Positions 17,648-20,000 of a stretch of DNA of 20,000 nt are shown piece after piece. Position 1 is the first letter of the stretch, and each line of letters starts with the position of its first letter. The position numbers and the translations under genes are program-made. Under the pieces are notes generated by a model that saw only the letters and a program-made list of their open reading frames with translations, did not search any database and was not told the DNA's origin. Source of the DNA: an uncultured virus (IMG/VR IMGVR_UViG_3300028603_000035) (lineage: Duplodnaviria; Heunggongvirae; Uroviricota; Caudoviricetes; Crassvirales); the IMG/VR virus record IMGVR_UViG_3300028603_000035, one strand, 5' to 3'.

Positions 17648-18244
17648 TTATTTTTTATTGTTTTCTTCTTTAATATAATTCTCTATTCCGTCAGCGATAG
17701 CGGAAGACATAACGTCTTTCCATAATTCCGACATCAACAATTGACAGTTCTTAAACGTATCCATAAAGCCTATCTCTAATAGCGTGGCTGGCATCCACAC
17801 CTTACGAAGAATGTATAGGTTGGTACGCTTCGCCTGATACCCACTACTGACATCACCCTTACGTAGCTTATAATTCGGCAACACCCAACTGATAAAATTA
17901 TAAATATGTTCCGCTAAATCCAACGCTTTGGTCTTACCCTTTATAACGTGAGCCTCGAAGCCAAAGCCCTGCTCAGGTTTCTTACCTGCATTGGCGTGAA
18001 CACTAACCAATATCGATTTTTCCTTTATTTCATTAGCTCTAACAGCTCTTTCCGACAAAGATATATCCTTATCCTCCGAAACCAAGATGTGCGTTCTAAT
18101 GCCCTTGAAATTCAATTTAGAGGCTATCCTATAAACCATATCACGATTAAACTGCCACTCGAACAACTGCGTGCCGTCCGACCATATAGGACTTCGCTTC
18201 CCTGGCGTATCTATACCGTGTCCGTTATCCAATATTACTAACAT
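17648..18244 (-). CDS. N-acetylmuramoyl-L-alanine amidase endolysin (Amidase_3)
   Basis: Zn-binding and catalytic motifs ILDNGHG, FEW.FN, LSER...AN, SVHANA and LLEIGFMD. Confidence 0.93.
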   Translation of the reverse strand: MLVILDNGHGIDTPGKRSPIWSDGTQLFEWQFNRDMVYRIASKLNFKGIRTHILVSEDKDISLSERAVRANEIKEKSILVSVHANAGKKPEQGFGFEAHVIKGKTKALDLAEHIYNFISWVLPNYKLRKGDVSSGYQAKRTNLYILRKVWMPATLLEIGFMDTFKNCQLLMSELWKDVMSSAIADGIENYIKEENNKK

Positions 18245-18441
18245 TATAACCTATTTGCGTTTAATAAACTATTTTCATAGGCTTCTTTTTCTTCCGCTGT
18301 TGCTTCTCTGTAATTGTCTATATTGATTGTTTTTGCATGCATTTCTTTTGCAAAGAATCTATCAACCACATCTCCTTTTTGTGTAATGTAGCCTTCTTCG
18401 GCTATTAGTTTTTCGTTTTTTTCTAAAATAATAAGTTTCAT
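18244..18441 (-). CDS. Small hypothetical protein (possible fibre assembly helper)
   Basis: 65 aa between the LRR gene and the amidase; TAATG overlap with the amidase start. Function inferred from position only. Confidence 0.65.
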   Translation of the reverse strand: MKLIILEKNEKLIAEEGYITQKGDVVDRFFAKEMHAKTINIDNYREATAEEKEAYENSLLNANRL

Positions 18442-18453
18442 TTCATTTTATTT

Positions 18454-19920
18454 TTAAGCTGTTATTACGATCCAGTTTTTATCCGTTGCAATTGATGTTG
18501 TGCAAGTTGCTGCACCCGGATTGCCTTTTACATTTATTGTCTGTTGTGCAAGAGCGGTTAAATCCTTCAAGTCTGTAAATAGCGCATTTATATTCGCTGC
18601 ATCCATATTCGAGTTTTCAATTGAAAACGATAATGGAACGTTTGGAAGTCTACACATAGATAGAGTATAATTAGATTGCGTAATGGATGTATTGTTTGTT
18701 ATTGAATTGAGATTACTCAAGCTTAAATCAATGCTTTGTAAGGAAGTGCAATAATAAAACATATTTGCCATATTTGTAACATTCGAAGTGTTAAAAGAAC
18801 TTAAATCAATGCTTTGTAAGGAATAGCAAGCATTAAACATATATTGCATATTTGTAACATTCGAAGTGTTAAAAGAACTTAAATCAATGCTTTGTAAGGA
18901 AGTGCAAGCATTAAACATATATCGCATATTTGTAACATTCGACGTGTTAAAAGAACTTAAATCAATGCTTTGTAAGGAAGTGCAATAATTAAACATATTT
19001 GCCATATTTGTAACATTCGACGTGTTAAAAGAACTTAAATCAATGCTTTGTAAGGAAGTGCAATAATTAAACATATTTGCCATATTTGTAACATTCGAAG
19101 TGTTAAAAGAACTTAAATCAATGCTTTGTAAGGAAGTGCAATAATAAAACATATTTGCCATATTTGTAACATTCGACGTGTTAAAAGAACTTAAATCAAT
19201 GCTTTGTAAGGAAGTGCAATAATAAAACATATTTGCCATATTTGTAACATTCGACGTGTTAAAAGAACTTAAATCAATGCTTTGTAAGGAAGTGCAAGCA
19301 TTAAACATATTTGCCATATTTGTAACATTCGAAGTGTTAAAAGAACTTAAATCAATGCTTTGTAAGGAATAGCAATAATAAAACATATATGACATATTAG
19401 TACATAAAGTCGTCTGTTGATATGCTTTGAATTTTTCCAAAAATATAGCCTTGCAATTATTATACATCAATATCCGAGATATATGCGTTCCGCTAATGCT
19501 TATATCTAACCAATTTGATGACGATTGGTAATGTATATCTGCACTATGTTTATTTCCAAGATTATATTGCGTTATGTGCTGTCCAGCCTGTGGAGTTACG
19601 GTAATAATAGCCTGTTTATTCCCTCGCTCACATATAGTCGAATCAGGCAAATCATCATAATCATAGACATGTTCAGCATTCGCATTGCTTGCGAAATTCT
19701 CAACCGTTCCATCTCCCCAATCAACCGTGCAATTACCTGTTATTACCATCGTGCAATAATTGTTAAAATAATTATTAGCTACATTGGCAGCATCCCACAC
19801 CGCATATAAACCGACCATTTTCTCTTCCCCCTCCGTAATTAAGTGTTCGATTTGTAACCATTCTAATGGTCTTACATAGCCGCCTTTAATGCTAAATGTT
19901 GCATTTGTTCTTCCTATCAT
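18454..19920 (-). CDS. DUF285/BspA-type leucine-rich-repeat protein with PKD-like domain (putative receptor-binding / fibre protein)
   Basis: 488 aa. VDWGDG...HVY PKD-like motif; nine 26-aa repeats TNMxxMFxxCxSLQSIDLSSFNTSNV; C-terminal cap (GNPG...IATDKNWIV). Confidence 0.85.
   Translation of the reverse strand: MIGRTNATFSIKGGYVRPLEWLQIEHLITEGEEKMVGLYAVWDAANVANNYFNNYCTMVITGNCTVDWGDGTVENFASNANAEHVYDYDDLPDSTICERGNKQAIITVTPQAGQHITQYNLGNKHSADIHYQSSSNWLDISISGTHISRILMYNNCKAIFLEKFKAYQQTTLCTNMSYMFYYCYSLQSIDLSSFNTSNVTNMANMFNACTSLQSIDLSSFNTSNVTNMANMFYYCTSLQSIDLSSFNTSNVTNMANMFYYCTSLQSIDLSSFNTSNVTNMANMFNYCTSLQSIDLSSFNTSNVTNMANMFNYCTSLQSIDLSSFNTSNVTNMRYMFNACTSLQSIDLSSFNTSNVTNMQYMFNACYSLQSIDLSSFNTSNVTNMANMFYYCTSLQSIDLSLSNLNSITNNTSITQSNYTLSMCRLPNVPLSFSIENSNMDAANINALFTDLKDLTALAQQTINVKGNPGAATCTTSIATDKNWIVITA
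18722..19398. repeat. 78-bp tandem repeat, about 8.7 copies, encoding the LRR units
   Basis: CTTAAATCAATGCTTTGTAAGGA recurs at 18722, 18800, 18878, 18956, 19034, 19112, 19190, 19268 and 19346 (exact period 78). Confidence 0.97.
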
Positions 19921-20000
19921 TTTATTTTAATTATTAAAGGTAACGTAATTGATGTGTTAACTTTACTGTATATGGTTATTTTCCCATTATCAACAAGACA
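19917..20000 (-). CDS. 3' end (partial) of upstream gene
   Basis: Open frame from the window edge, ...CLVDNGKITIYSKVNTSITLPLIIKIK-TGA; the stop overlaps the LRR start as ATGA. Confidence 0.65.
   Translation of the reverse strand, partial: CLVDNGKITIYSKVNTSITLPLIIKIK

Noticed and set aside
18722..19398. 78-bp periodic repeats as a CRISPR array
   Set aside because: No unique spacers; the units are near-identical along their whole length, in frame (26 codons) and inside an open ORF.
748..19809. Plus-strand ORFs of 60-145 aa and nested out-of-frame minus ORFs (7036-7236, 12426-12608, 14195-14380)
   Set aside because: They lie within or across motif-bearing minus-strand genes, have no recognisable motifs, and look like antisense or frame shadows.
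18454..19920. LRR gene as host (bacterial) sequence marking a prophage boundary
   Set aside because: No signal peptide or T9SS/lipoprotein signal; it is co-oriented and tightly coupled with phage genes; no integrase or att site is visible.
1..20000. Stop-codon reassignment (TAG=Gln or TGA=Trp) as in some crAss-like phages
   Set aside because: Genes tile the minus strand unbroken under the standard code. TGA ends genes at ATGA overlaps. No called gene ends in TAG, but none contains an in-frame TAG either, so there is no positive evidence for recoding.

Overview
A 20-kb piece of the virion-morphogenesis (late) region of a crAss-like (Crassvirales-type) podophage, probably infecting a Bacteroidota host. 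About 23 tightly packed genes are all on the minus strand. In transcription order: end of an upstream gene, a PKD-like + DUF285/BspA leucine-rich-repeat protein with nine near-identical 78-bp repeats, a small ORF, amidase endolysin, holin, GroES-like co-chaperonin, DUF2158/YodC-like protein, membrane protein, putative small terminase, large terminase, T4-type lysozyme, portal, hypothetical protein, scaffold-like protein, major capsid protein, conserved head and tail-ring proteins, a terminator hairpin, more tail-ring proteins, and the start of the muzzle/tail-stabilisation gene. Most interesting: (1) combinatorial, almost purely non-synonymous variation among the LRR repeats; (2) a GroES with T4 gp31-like remodelling in the same gene cluster as a ~55-kDa capsid protein; (3) a lysozyme translationally coupled between terL and portal; (4) near-total GATC/GGCC avoidance; (5) an A22 tract directly upstream of the scaffold gene. 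All assignments come from motif recognition and gene order by eye; no searches were run.
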